Assembly: GCA_963717935.1 (NCBI GenBank)
Contig: CAVQXP010000001.1
Location: 32,001 to 96,000 of the forward strand
DNA: 64,000 bases
Direction: 5' to 3'
DNA from: Candidatus Eiseniibacteriota bacterium
GTDB taxonomy: Bacteria; Eisenbacteria; RBG-16-71-46
Part shown: positions 9,713-19,439 of the stretch, piece after piece
Numbering within the stretch: the stretch's first letter is position 1
Layout of the letters: the number at the start of each line of letters is the position of its first letter
Notes under the pieces: model-generated
What the model was told of the DNA's origin: nothing
Seen by the model: the letters and a program-made list of their open reading frames with translations, nothing else
Database searches by the model: none
Program-made: the position numbers and the translations under genes

Positions 9713-9814
9713 GCGACGCCGGGTGGGCCGGGCGGGCGCAGAGGGCACGCCACCTGGCCGCCTGCGCGCGCGTTCAGGGCCCGCCGCCCGGACCCGTTCC
9801 GACGCGCCCTCCGC

Positions 9815-9843
9815 GTGACGGAGCCTGCCCGCTGTGCTATAAA
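9815..9843 (+). promoter_or_regulatory. Sigma70-type promoter for tRNA-Arg
   Basis: GTGACG (9815-20), 17 nt, TATAAA (9838-43), with an extended -10 TG; 10 nt before the tRNA. Confidence 0.7.
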
Positions 9844-9853
9844 AGCTCGTTGC

Positions 9854-9930
<77 letters not shown>

Positions 9931-9945
9931 CCTCTTCCGCCCCCC

Positions 9946-11012
9946 ATGCCAGACGTCCCGCCCGTGACCCCCGAACCCGATCCGGAAGCTCCCGGCCTGC
10001 GCGTCTTCCCGGCCGCCCGCGATCACGCCGTCCGCGAGCTGGCGGGCATGTTCGACGACGTCTCCGGCCGCTACGACCTGCTGAACTCGATGATGACGCT
10101 CGGGCAGGACCGCGCCTGGCGCGCGGCCATGTGGCGCGCCGTGCCGGAGACCGCGGGCGTCGTGCTCGACCTGTGCACCGGCACCGGCGTCTCGCTCGAC
10201 GGACTGCGGCGCCCCGGCCGCGTCCTGCTGGGCGTGGACGCGAGCCTCCGCATGCTGGAACTCGCCGCGGACGAACATGGGCCGTGGGGCTGGGCCCCGC
10301 GCCTCGCCTGCGCCGATGCCTTCCGGCTGCCGTTCCGCGACGGCGCGCTCGACGCGGTCACGATCGCCTTCGGCATGCGCAACCTGCGCCCGCGGGCCGG
10401 GGCCCTGGCGGAGCTGGCCCGCGTGCTCGCACCCGGCGGCACGCTCGTGGTGCTCGAGGCCACGGCGCCCCGGCCGGGCCCGCTCGCGCCCCTGCACCGA
10501 TTCTACGCGCGCCGCGTCATCCCGCTCCTGGGCCGGCTCTCGCCGGACCCCGTGGCCTACCGCTACCTGAGCGAGTCCATCTTCGACTTCGGCGCGGGGG
10601 AGGAGTTCGAGCACGATCTCACCGCGGGCGGCTTCGAAATCGTCGAACGTCAGGCGTATCATGTTCGGTGCAGCCCGCTTGTGGGCCGCCCAGAGGCTGG
10701 CCGGGGGGGACGGCGGGACGTTGCGAAACGCCCGGTCCAGGGCCGCTGGTCGGGGCAATTTCACGCAGGGTGGCCGTCCCTGGGAACAGGAGTGGCGCTG
10801 GTGGACGTTCGCTCACGCGATCGTCTCCGCGATCCTGACCGGGAGCCTGGTCTGGGCCCTGGTCACCTGGGTCAAATGGCGGTCCGCCATCCACTTGGAA
10901 CCCTGGCAGGATCGCATTCTCTGGCTTCTCATCCTCGTCGGCCTGGCCGGATTCGCCCTCCGGACCCTTGCCCTGCTCCTGCGATTGCTCGGCCCGCCTC
11001 CCCGCCGCCTGA
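9946..11012 (+). CDS. ubiE: UbiE/MenG-family methyltransferase, apparently with a C-terminal two-TM extension (indel near 10655; end uncertain)
   Basis: MFDDVSGRYDLLN, VLDLCTGTG, IAFGMRN, RVLAPGG and AYRYLSESI. The typical final strand (MFGAARLW) continues in another frame from 10661. Confidence 0.8.
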
Positions 11013-11026
11013 CCCGATGGGCATGG

Positions 11027-11041
11027 TGGCACACGCGTTGC
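11027..11041 (+). promoter_or_regulatory. Sigma54 (-24/-12) promoter
   Basis: Exact TGGCAC-N5-TTGC (TGGCACACGCGTTGC) about 150 nt upstream of the GGDEF gene. Confidence 0.75.
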
Positions 11042-11187
11042 GTGTTCCCAGCGGATTCTGACCCAATCGCCGAGGCCGGGGACGTCCTGGCCTCGCGGAC
11101 CTGTGTGCGGGGCAAGCCGCCCCGTCGCAGGCGCCCGGACACCGCGGGCGGGGGTCAGCAGATCGGCCCATGCTCCGGGAGCCTCCG

Positions 11188-12216
11188 ATGCTGTCGCGAG
11201 AGAAAGCCCTCGACGAACTGATCGACCTCACAGGCAGCCCGGAGGTGAACACGCGCGCCGGGCTGCTCCAGCGCGTGCTCCAGACCGCACTGAGCCTGGT
11301 GGAGGCCGACGGCACGACGCTCGTGGCACCGCACCAGGGCCGTCTCGACCGCCTGGCGGTCACCCTGGACCACTACGAAGCGCCGCTCCAGGAGACGCCC
11401 CGGCGCAGCAGCGAGTTCACTCGCCTGCTCGTGCACGTGAGCCGGCCACTGAGCATCCCGGATCTCGCCGCCGACTCGCGCGTGGAGGTCGACGACGCCT
11501 GCCCGGGCGTGGACGCGGGCCCCGCACTGTTCGTGCCGATGCGCCGCCGCGAGCACACCTCCGGCTACCTGGCCGCCTTCCGGTCACGCGGCGCCGCGGT
11601 CTTCTCGCCCACGGACGCGCGCCAGCTCTCGCTGCTCGCCGCCTGGACGGCGATGGCGCTCGAGAACCTGCGCCTCTCCGAGAGCGTCGAGAAGCTCGCA
11701 GTCACCGACGACCTGACCCAGGTCTACAACTACCGCTTCCTCAAGATGGCGCTGAAGCGCGAGCTGAAGCGCGCGATGCGGTTCGGGCAGGAACTGGGAC
11801 TCGTCATGCTCGACGTCGACAACCTGAAGGGCTACAACGACCGCAACGGGCACCTGCGCGGCTCCTACCTGCTGCGGGAGATGGCCGCGCTGCTCGCGCG
11901 GCAGGTGCGCTCCTTCGATCTCATCGCCAAGTACGGCGGGGACGAGTTCACGCTCATCCTGCCGCAGACCGGGATCGAGGGGTCGGTGGCGGTGGCCGAA
12001 CGCATGCGCCGAGCGGTGGAGGAGCACGCGTTCCCGCTGGAGGACGCCGGCGTCATCACCATCAGCCTGGGCGTGGCGATCTGCCCGCAGGACGCCGAGG
12101 ACGGCCAGACGCTCATCCGGACGGCCGACCAGGCCCTCTACGTGGCGAAGCGCCAGGGCAGGAACCGGGTACTGACGTACCGGGACGTGGCGAACCAGGC
12201 AGGCGCGCTGCGTTGA
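11188..12216 (+). CDS. GAF-GGDEF diguanylate cyclase
   Basis: GAF region, then TDDLTQVYNYR, DVDNLKGYNDRNGH, an RSFD I-site and an intact GGDEF. GGGAG SD before ATG 11188. Confidence 0.93.
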   Translation: MLSREKALDELIDLTGSPEVNTRAGLLQRVLQTALSLVEADGTTLVAPHQGRLDRLAVTLDHYEAPLQETPRRSSEFTRLLVHVSRPLSIPDLAADSRVEVDDACPGVDAGPALFVPMRRREHTSGYLAAFRSRGAAVFSPTDARQLSLLAAWTAMALENLRLSESVEKLAVTDDLTQVYNYRFLKMALKRELKRAMRFGQELGLVMLDVDNLKGYNDRNGHLRGSYLLREMAALLARQVRSFDLIAKYGGDEFTLILPQTGIEGSVAVAERMRRAVEEHAFPLEDAGVITISLGVAICPQDAEDGQTLIRTADQALYVAKRQGRNRVLTYRDVANQAGALR

Positions 12217-12321
12217 CCCTCACGAGCGGAGAGTAAGTAGACTGGCCGACCGCGTCGTGATGGCAGGGGCGCACGCGGGCGCAACGAACCCGGTTCCATG
12301 ACATCGAGAGGAAGGAACCCG

Positions 12322-13360
12322 ATGGCGGACAGTGTCGGCATCGCGGTGGTGGGCACCGGCGATTGGGGCGCCAATCTCGTGCGCAACTTCGCCAGCCTGC
12401 CGGGCAGCCGGCTCGGCGGCCCTGCACGACAACGATGCCCAGCGCCTGAGGAAGTCCGCGGCCCAGTACCCCGAGGCCCGCGCCGTGGCCTCGCTGGAGG
12501 AGCTGGCCGCGCGGCCGGACGTGCAGGGGGTGGTCGTGGCCGCCTCGGCCGTGAGCCACTACACCCTGGCCAGGACCCTGCTCGAGGCCGGTAAGGACGT
12601 GTTCGTCGAGAAGCCCCTGGCCCTGAGCGTGGCCCACGCCGAGGAACTGGTGCGGATCGCCCGCGAGCGCGGGCGCATCCTCATGGTCGGCCACCTGCTG
12701 CTGTACCACCCGGCCGTCCGCTACCTCAAGGACATGGTCGAGCGCGGGGAGCTCGGCGACCTGTTCTACATCTACTCCCAGCGCGTCAACCTGGGGAAGG
12801 TGCGGCGCGACGAGAACGCGCTCTGGAGCTTCGCCCCCCACGATCTGTCGGTGGTCCTGCACCTGCTGGGCATGGAGCCCATCGACGTCGTGGCGCGCGG
12901 CTCGGCCTTCCTGCAGGGCGCGGTCGAGGACGTGGTGTTCGTGGACCTGCGCTTCCCGGACGGCAAGCTGGCCCACGTCCACGTGTCCTGGCTCGACCCC
13001 CACAAGCTGCGCAAGTTCACCGTCGTCGGCAGCCGGAAGATGGTGGTCTTCGACGACATGGAAGCCAGCGAGAAGGTCAGGATCTACGACAAGGGCGTGG
13101 ACCGCGCGGGCGAGGTCGTGTCGTACGGCGACGCGCTCACCGTCCGCAGCGGCGACATCCTCATCCCCAGGATCTCGCTGCAGGAGCCGCTGCGGCTGGA
13201 GTGCCAGCATTTCGTCGACTGCGTGCGCGACCACAGGCGCCGCTCACCGACGGGACGGGCGGCCTGCAGGTGGTGCGCGTGCTCGCCGCCGCACAGGCCT
13301 CGCTCGAGCAGGGCGGCATACCCGTACGCCTGGCGCCCGGCCGGGCAGGAGGCATCATGA
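12322..13360 (+). CDS. Gfo/Idh/MocA oxidoreductase, WbpB/WlbA-like (indels near 12415, 13240 and probably 13335)
   Basis: IAVVGTGDWGANLVRNF, VFVEKPLA, MVGHLLLYHPAV, APHDLS and HVSWLDP. Confidence 0.85.
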
Positions 13361-14116
13361 CCAGCGTCGTCCATCCAAGCGCCGTGCTCGGCGCCGGCAC
13401 CACGATGGGAGAGGGCTGCATCATCGGGGCGAACGTTCGACTCGGGACCGGCTGCCGGCTCGGGCATCACGTCGTGATCCACGAGGGCACGGTGATCGGC
13501 AACGACGTGCGCGTGGACGACCACGCCTCGCTGGGCAAGCTGCCGATGAAGGCGGCCAACTCGGCGACCACCACGGAGCAGGAGCTGCCGCCGCTCACGC
13601 TGGGCGACACCTGCATCGTCGGCACCGGGGTGGTGCTCTACCGCGGTGCCACGATCGACGCCGCGCGTGCTGATCGCCGACCTGGCCACCGTGCGCGAGA
13701 ACGTCACCGTCGGACGCGGCACCATCGTCGGGCGCGGCGTGACGGTCGAGAACGTCTGCACCATCGGCCGCTACTGCAAGCTCGAGAGCGAGTCCTACAT
13801 CACCGCCTACTCGACGCTCGAGGACCGCGTGTTCGTCGCCCCCGGCGTGATGTGCTCGAACGACAACTACGTCGGGCGCACGGCCGAGCGCTTCAAGCAC
13901 TTCAAGGGCCTGACCGTGAAGAAGGGCGCGCGCCTGGGCGTCGGGACGGTGTACCTGCCCGGCGTGACCATCGGCGAGGATGCGCTGGTGGCGGCCGGTT
14001 CGGTCGTCTCGCGCGATATCCCGCCCCGCATGATCGCGATGGGCCGGCCGGCCAAGCCGTGGCGGCCGGTGCCGGTCGAACAGTTGCTCGAGAACCAGGG
14101 CTGGGTGGACTCCTAG
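13357..14116 (+). CDS. Hexapeptide-repeat N-acetyltransferase, WbpD/WlbB-like (indel near 13660)
   Basis: Left-handed beta-helix repeats, ending in SNDNY..VKKGARLG..PGVTIGEDALVAAGSVVSRDIP..GRPAK. Confidence 0.85.
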
Positions 14117-14171
14117 TCGGACGGACGGAAGAAAGGACGGAGGAATGGGCGGGGAACTCACGAAGGGCACG

Positions 14172-15275
14172 ATGACCGTGCCGTTGCTGGACCTCAAGGC
14201 ACAGTACGAGACCATCCGCTCGGACGTGGATGCCGCGGTGCGTGGTGTCATGGAGACCGCCCGCTTCATCGGCGGCCCCGAGGTGAGCGGCCTGGAGCAG
14301 GAGGTGGCGCGCTACTCGCAGTGCGCCCACGCCGTGGGCTGCGCGTCGGGCACCGACGCCCTGCTGCTGTCGCTCTGGGCGCTCGGCGTCGGTCCGGGCG
14401 ACGAGGTCATCACCAGCGCGTACTCGTTCTTCGCCAGCGCCGGGGTCATCGCCAACAATGGCGCCACGCCGGTGTTCGTGGACATCGACCCGCGCACCTA
14501 CAACCTGGACCCCCTCAAGCTCGAGGCCGCCTTCACGCCCCGCACCAAGGCCGTGATCGCGGTCTCGCTCTACGGCCAGTGCTGTGACGTCCCGGCCATC
14601 AAGGCGGTCTGCGACCGGCACCAGGCCTTCCTCGTCGAGGACGCCGCCCAGTCCATCGGCTCGGAATGGGAGGGGAAGCGCTCGGGCTCGATGAGCGACT
14701 TCGGCGGCTTCTCGTTCTTCCCCTCGAAGAACCTCGGCGGGGCAGGCGACGGCGGCATGGTGGTCGCGCAGAGCCAGGAGTTCGCCGACCGCGTCAGGTT
14801 GCTGCGCGAGCACGGCTCCAAGCCCAAGTACTACCACTCGCTGGTGGGCACCAACTCGCGGCTCGACGCGCTGCAGGCGGCGATCCTGCGGGTCAAGCTC
14901 AGGCATCTGGACCGCTGGAGCGAGGGCCGGGCGCGCAACGCGGCGCTCTACAACGGCCTCTTCGAGGGCTCGCGCGTGGTGCGGCCCCATCACGACCCGC
15001 GCACCCGCCACATCTACAACCAGTACGTGATCCGCGTCCCGAAGCGGGACGAACTGCGGAAGTTCCTGAGCGAGCGGACGATCGGCAACGAGGTCTACTA
15101 CCCCGTGCCGCTCCATCTGCAGAAGTGCTTCGACTCCCTCGGCTACAAGGAGGGCGACATGCCCAACGCGGAAGCGGCCGCGACGGAGACCATCGCCCTG
15201 CCGATCTATCCGGAACTGACGGAAGAGCAGATCCGCTACGTGGCCGCCACGGTCCGGGAGTTCGTGGACTCGTAA
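14172..15275 (+). CDS. DegT/DnrJ/EryC1/StrS aminotransferase, WbpE/WlbC-like
   Basis: VPLLDLKAQY, SGTDALLL, EDAAQ, PLP lysine in SFFPSKNLGGAGDGG, and NSRLDALQAA. Confidence 0.93.
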   Translation: MTVPLLDLKAQYETIRSDVDAAVRGVMETARFIGGPEVSGLEQEVARYSQCAHAVGCASGTDALLLSLWALGVGPGDEVITSAYSFFASAGVIANNGATPVFVDIDPRTYNLDPLKLEAAFTPRTKAVIAVSLYGQCCDVPAIKAVCDRHQAFLVEDAAQSIGSEWEGKRSGSMSDFGGFSFFPSKNLGGAGDGGMVVAQSQEFADRVRLLREHGSKPKYYHSLVGTNSRLDALQAAILRVKLRHLDRWSEGRARNAALYNGLFEGSRVVRPHHDPRTRHIYNQYVIRVPKRDELRKFLSERTIGNEVYYPVPLHLQKCFDSLGYKEGDMPNAEAAATETIALPIYPELTEEQIRYVAATVREFVDS

Positions 15276-15458
15276 CGACCTTCGCTTTCCCGGCGCGTCC
15301 CGGCTCCCCGCCCTGAGCCAACGCGACCGGCCAGAGACCACCAGCCGCACCGGCCGAGCCTCGAGGCCGGGGCGGAGCGCCGGCACGCGGGCGTTCACCG
15401 CGCACCCACCCCAGGTGGGTCGCGGGCCGCCCGCCGGCCGGCCGGTGCGGCCCATCTC

Positions 15459-17438
15459 ATGTCCGAAGACCAGCGCGAGTCCCTGCGCGAGTTGATGCGC
15501 CGGGTGGACGAGGTTCGTGGCCTCTCGGGGCACCCCGAGAGCCGGCTCGCCCTTGATCCCGGCGACGCCGACGCCCTGCGGGCGACCCTCGGCGAACTCG
15601 TCGAGGAGCTCGAGCTCAGCCAGCGCCGCCTGATCGAGACCAACGTGCAGCTCGTCTCGCTGCGCGAGGTCGCGAGCAGCGTGGTGAACACGGTGGACGC
15701 GGGGGAGACCACGCGCACCGTGACCCGCTACCTCGCCCGCGCCTTCGGCTTCGAAGAGGTCTTCCTGCTGCTCCTCGATCGCGAGAAAGAGCGGCTCGAA
15801 GGCACCTGGATGCACGGCGGCCACGACCACGGCGTGGCCCTCGAGTTGCCCGTGCTGGGGGAGCAGGGCGCCATCGTCCGCGCGCTGTGGCTCAACCGCA
15901 CGGTCGCGCTCCACGCCGCGCAGCGCCATCCCGCGGCCCTGCTGCCCGACGGGCACCCGCTGCAGGAGATCCTCGCGGACCTCGGGGCCGTGGTGAGCAT
16001 ACCCCTGCAGCGCACCCACACGCTTCTGCCGGCAGTCGACACGCACGAACTGTGCGGTGCGCGCTGCATCCTCGGCGATGCCTCGGTGCTGGCCCCGCCC
16101 CCCGGCCCCGCGGCCGCGACCTGGGCCACCGACCGGGAGCAGCGTCAGCGCCACTGCCTGCACTGTGAGTTCATGCCACTGCTGGGCGTCCTCGGTGTGG
16201 CACGCGCCGGCCACGGGCGACGCGACGGGGCCCCGCGCCCGTTCGCCGTCTCCGAGATCACCATGCTCGAGTCCATCGCGCTCTCCATCGCGCCGATGGT
16301 CGAGAACGCCAGCCTCACCCAGGAGCTGCGCCGCAGCGAGCGCTTCCGCGAGCACGTGCTGGACAGCATGGCCGGCGCGCTGGTCGCTGTGGATCTGCGC
16401 GGCGCCGTGCTCACCTTCAACCGCGCGGCCGCGGACCTGCTCGGCTTCCGCGAGGACGAGGTGCTCGGCCACCCCTTCGGCGAGCTGGTGGGAGTGGACG
16501 GCGAAGCGGCCCTCCACGCCACGCTCGAGCACGGCCACGAGGCGGTCCGCGAGGAGGTCCTGCTGCGCGCGCGCGAGGGCTCGCCCGTGCCGGTGAGCCT
16601 CACGACCTCCCTGCTGCGCGATGAGAAGCGCGCCGTGTACGGCGCCATCGCGACCTTCGTGGACCTGACGCCGCTCAAGCGCGCCGAGGAGCACGCCCGC
16701 CAGCTCGACCGGCTGGCCGCGCTCGGGCGCTTCACGTCGAGCGTCGCGCACGAGATCCGCAACCCGCTCACCGGGATCGCGGCGGGCGTGCAGTACCTGT
16801 CGCGGGGGATCCCGCCCGCGGACCCGCAGCGCGAGAATCTCGAGTTCATCCTGAACGAGATCCGACGCCTCGACCGCATCGTGCAGGATCTCTTCGACAT
16901 CACGCATCCGCGGCGCCTCCAGTTGCTGGTGCGCCCCATCGAGGAGACGGTGCAGCGCGCCGTACAGTGCCTCGAGGCGCTCTCCGGCGCCCGCGGCGTC
17001 ACCGTGACCCTCGAGCTGCCGCCGCGCACGCCGCCGGTGCCGCACGATCCCGACCAGCTCGAGCAGGTGCTCATCAACCTCCTCAAGAACGCGGTCGAGG
17101 CTTCGGCGGCGGGCACCACGGTCCGCGTGCGGATCTCGTCCCTGCCGGCCCCCGCCGCACGGCGCGGACGCGCCACCACCCGCCCCGGTCCCGCTCCGGG
17201 CCCGCCGGGCGTGCAGATCCAGGTGGAGGACGAAGGCTGCGGCATCGCCCCCGAGGCGCAGCAGACCCTGTTCGAGCCGTTCTTCACCACCAAGCCGGGT
17301 GGGACCGGGCTCGGACTCTACATCAGCCACGACATCGTCAAACGCCACGGCGGACGCCTGGCGGTCAGCAGCGACCCGGGGCGGGGCACCACCTTCGCGG
17401 TGGAACTGCCCCTGGAGAACCACGGAGGGACCCCATGA
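15459..17438 (+). CDS. Cytoplasmic GAF-PAS sensor histidine kinase (NtrB-like)
   Basis: H-box VAHEIRNPL, N-box QVLINLLKNA, DEGCGI, FEPFFTTK and GTGLGL. No TM segments seen. Confidence 0.93.
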   Translation: MSEDQRESLRELMRRVDEVRGLSGHPESRLALDPGDADALRATLGELVEELELSQRRLIETNVQLVSLREVASSVVNTVDAGETTRTVTRYLARAFGFEEVFLLLLDREKERLEGTWMHGGHDHGVALELPVLGEQGAIVRALWLNRTVALHAAQRHPAALLPDGHPLQEILADLGAVVSIPLQRTHTLLPAVDTHELCGARCILGDASVLAPPPGPAAATWATDREQRQRHCLHCEFMPLLGVLGVARAGHGRRDGAPRPFAVSEITMLESIALSIAPMVENASLTQELRRSERFREHVLDSMAGALVAVDLRGAVLTFNRAAADLLGFREDEVLGHPFGELVGVDGEAALHATLEHGHEAVREEVLLRAREGSPVPVSLTTSLLRDEKRAVYGAIATFVDLTPLKRAEEHARQLDRLAALGRFTSSVAHEIRNPLTGIAAGVQYLSRGIPPADPQRENLEFILNEIRRLDRIVQDLFDITHPRRLQLLVRPIEETVQRAVQCLEALSGARGVTVTLELPPRTPPVPHDPDQLEQVLINLLKNAVEASAAGTTVRVRISSLPAPAARRGRATTRPGPAPGPPGVQIQVEDEGCGIAPEAQQTLFEPFFTTKPGGTGLGLYISHDIVKRHGGRLAVSSDPGRGTTFAVELPLENHGGTP

Positions 17439-18862
17439 GCAAGGCCAACATCCTCGTGGTGGACGACCAGGAGTCGATCCGCCACTTCGTCAGCAAGGCG
17501 CTCGGCGACGAGGGCTACACGGTGCAGACCACCGGCTCGCTGCGCGAGGCCCGCCAGGTGCTCGAACACGACGCGCCGGACCTCGGCATCTTCGATCTCA
17601 AGCTCCCGGACGGGACCGGCATCGACCTGCTGCGCGAGGTCAAGCGGGCGCACCCGGAGATCCCGATCATCCTGATGACCGCCTTCGGCGAGATCGAAAC
17701 CGCGGTCGAGGCCATGAGTGCGGGGGCCTACTGGTTCGTGAAGAAGCCCTTCCAGAACGAGGAGCTGCTGGCGCTGGTGGGCCGCGCGCTGGAGTCGCAG
17801 AAGCTGTGGCTCGAGCTGCGGCGCCTGCGCAATGCCGCCTTCACGGACGAGGACTACCTGCACTCCTCGAGCCCGCGCATGCAGGAGTGCTACGCCATCG
17901 CCGAGCAGGTCGCGCGCGGTGACACCACCAGCGTGCTGATCGAGGGCGAGAGCGGCACCGGCAAGGAGTACTTCGCCAATCTCATCCACCGCATGAGCGG
18001 CCGCCACGACAAGCCCTTCGTCGAGATCAACTGCGCGGCCATCCCCAGCGAGCTGCTCGAGAGCGAGCTGTTCGGGCACGAGAAGGGCGCCTTCACCGAC
18101 GCCCGCTCCCAGAAACAGGGGCTGCTCGAGCTGGCGAACAACGGCACGCTCTTCCTGGACGAGATCGGGGAGATGAGCGCCATGCTCCAGGTGAAACTGC
18201 TGCGCGTCCTCGAGCGGCGCATCTTCAAGCGGGTCGGCGGGATGAAGGACATCTCGGTCAACGTGCGCGTCATCTCGGCCACGAACCAGGACCTCGACCG
18301 CTCGGTGCAGGACGGCAGGTTCCGCGAGGACCTCTACTACCGGCTCAAGGTCGTGCCCCTCTTCGTGCCGCCCCTGCGCGAACGCAAGGAGGACATCCTG
18401 CCGCTCTCGCGCCTGTTCATGGACCGCTTCGCGCGTCAGTTCAAGAAGCCCTTCCACGAGATCGGGGCCCCGGCCGAGCGTCTCCTGCTGGACTACCCCT
18501 GGCCAGGGAACATCCGCGAGCTCAAGAACCTCTTCGAGCGCACCGTCCTGCTGGAGACCGGCGAGCGGCTCGAGCCGCACCACCTCAAACTCAGCGCGCG
18601 CTCTCACGCGGACGCCGAGCTCACCGTCGGACAGAAGCTGGACGAGTTCCTCAACGGCTCGATGATGCCGGGGAGCATCCCCTTCGAGGCCCTGATCGAG
18701 CAGGCGGAGCGCGCCTTGATTCTGCGTGCCTCGTGTGCTACGAACTGGAACCAGTCGAAGACGGCGGAGCTTCTCCAGCTCAAGCGTGACAAACTGCGCT
18801 ATCGCATGAAGCTCTACCAGATCAACGGTCGGAAGGAAGGAGCCCTGGCTCCAGCGGAGTAG
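17435..18862 (+). CDS. Sigma54-dependent response regulator (NtrC family)
   Basis: Receiver (VVDDQ, FDLKLPD, KP), GESGTGKE, ESELFGHEKGAFTDA, FLDEIGE, WPGNIREL and a C-terminal HTH. ATGA overlap. Confidence 0.95.
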   Translation: MSKANILVVDDQESIRHFVSKALGDEGYTVQTTGSLREARQVLEHDAPDLGIFDLKLPDGTGIDLLREVKRAHPEIPIILMTAFGEIETAVEAMSAGAYWFVKKPFQNEELLALVGRALESQKLWLELRRLRNAAFTDEDYLHSSSPRMQECYAIAEQVARGDTTSVLIEGESGTGKEYFANLIHRMSGRHDKPFVEINCAAIPSELLESELFGHEKGAFTDARSQKQGLLELANNGTLFLDEIGEMSAMLQVKLLRVLERRIFKRVGGMKDISVNVRVISATNQDLDRSVQDGRFREDLYYRLKVVPLFVPPLRERKEDILPLSRLFMDRFARQFKKPFHEIGAPAERLLLDYPWPGNIRELKNLFERTVLLETGERLEPHHLKLSARSHADAELTVGQKLDEFLNGSMMPGSIPFEALIEQAERALILRASCATNWNQSKTAELLQLKRDKLRYRMKLYQINGRKEGALAPAE

Positions 18863-18868
18863 ACCTCC

Positions 18869-19393
18869 ACGTCGGTTTCCCTGCGTTCCCGGGCGGGCCT
18901 GCTCGCCCTGGCAGCCTCGCTGCTCGGCGCTGGCTCGTGTGGCTACACCACGAGCCCGGCCTTGCTGCCCGCGCACCTGAAGACCGTGGCCATACCGGTC
19001 TTCGAGAACTCCACGACGGAGTACACGCTCGAGCAGGACGTCACGAACGCGGTCATCGAGCGCTTCGTGAAGGACAACCACCTGCGGGTGGTGGACGAGC
19101 GCTCGGCGAACGCCGTCATCCGCGGCAAGCTCACCGGCTACAAGAACGCGGTCTTCGGCTTCTCCGCCGCCAACCGGGCGCAGGAGTACCGCGTCACGCT
19201 CACCTGCTCCGTGGTGTTCAAGGACCTCGTGAAGAACCGCGAGATCTGGAACGAGTCCGACCTGGTCAAGACGGCCAACTATTTCGTGGTGGACGTGCCG
19301 GGGCAGCCGGCGCGCACGGAGCTCGATGGACGCAAGGAAGCCATCACCAAGATCGCCGACGAGATCCTCACCCGCTCGGTCGAAGGCTGGTAG
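18869..19393 (+). CDS. lptE: LptE-family lipoprotein (start codon non-canonical as assembled)
   Basis: Signal peptide with lipobox LGAGS-C-GY (Cys at 18938), LPAHLKTVAIPVFEN and a C-terminal EGW; adjacent to holA and leuS. Confidence 0.8.
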   Translation, partial: TSVSLRSRAGLLALAASLLGAGSCGYTTSPALLPAHLKTVAIPVFENSTTEYTLEQDVTNAVIERFVKDNHLRVVDERSANAVIRGKLTGYKNAVFGFSAANRAQEYRVTLTCSVVFKDLVKNREIWNESDLVKTANYFVVDVPGQPARTELDGRKEAITKIADEILTRSVEGW

Positions 19394-19439
19394 CCCGCCC
19401 GCAGCCGGGGCGGAGCGCCCCGGCCCCGTCCGGCCCGCC

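Noticed and set aside
13201..14175. Apparent fusion of the oxidoreductase C-terminus to the acetyltransferase
   Set aside because: An ATGA overlap with a GGAGG SD at 13357-60 indicates separate genes; one more indel near 13335 explains the read-through.
18080..18110. GAFTDA instead of GAFTGA in the sigma54 activator
   Set aside because: A common variant in NtrC-family proteins; not evidence of inactivation.
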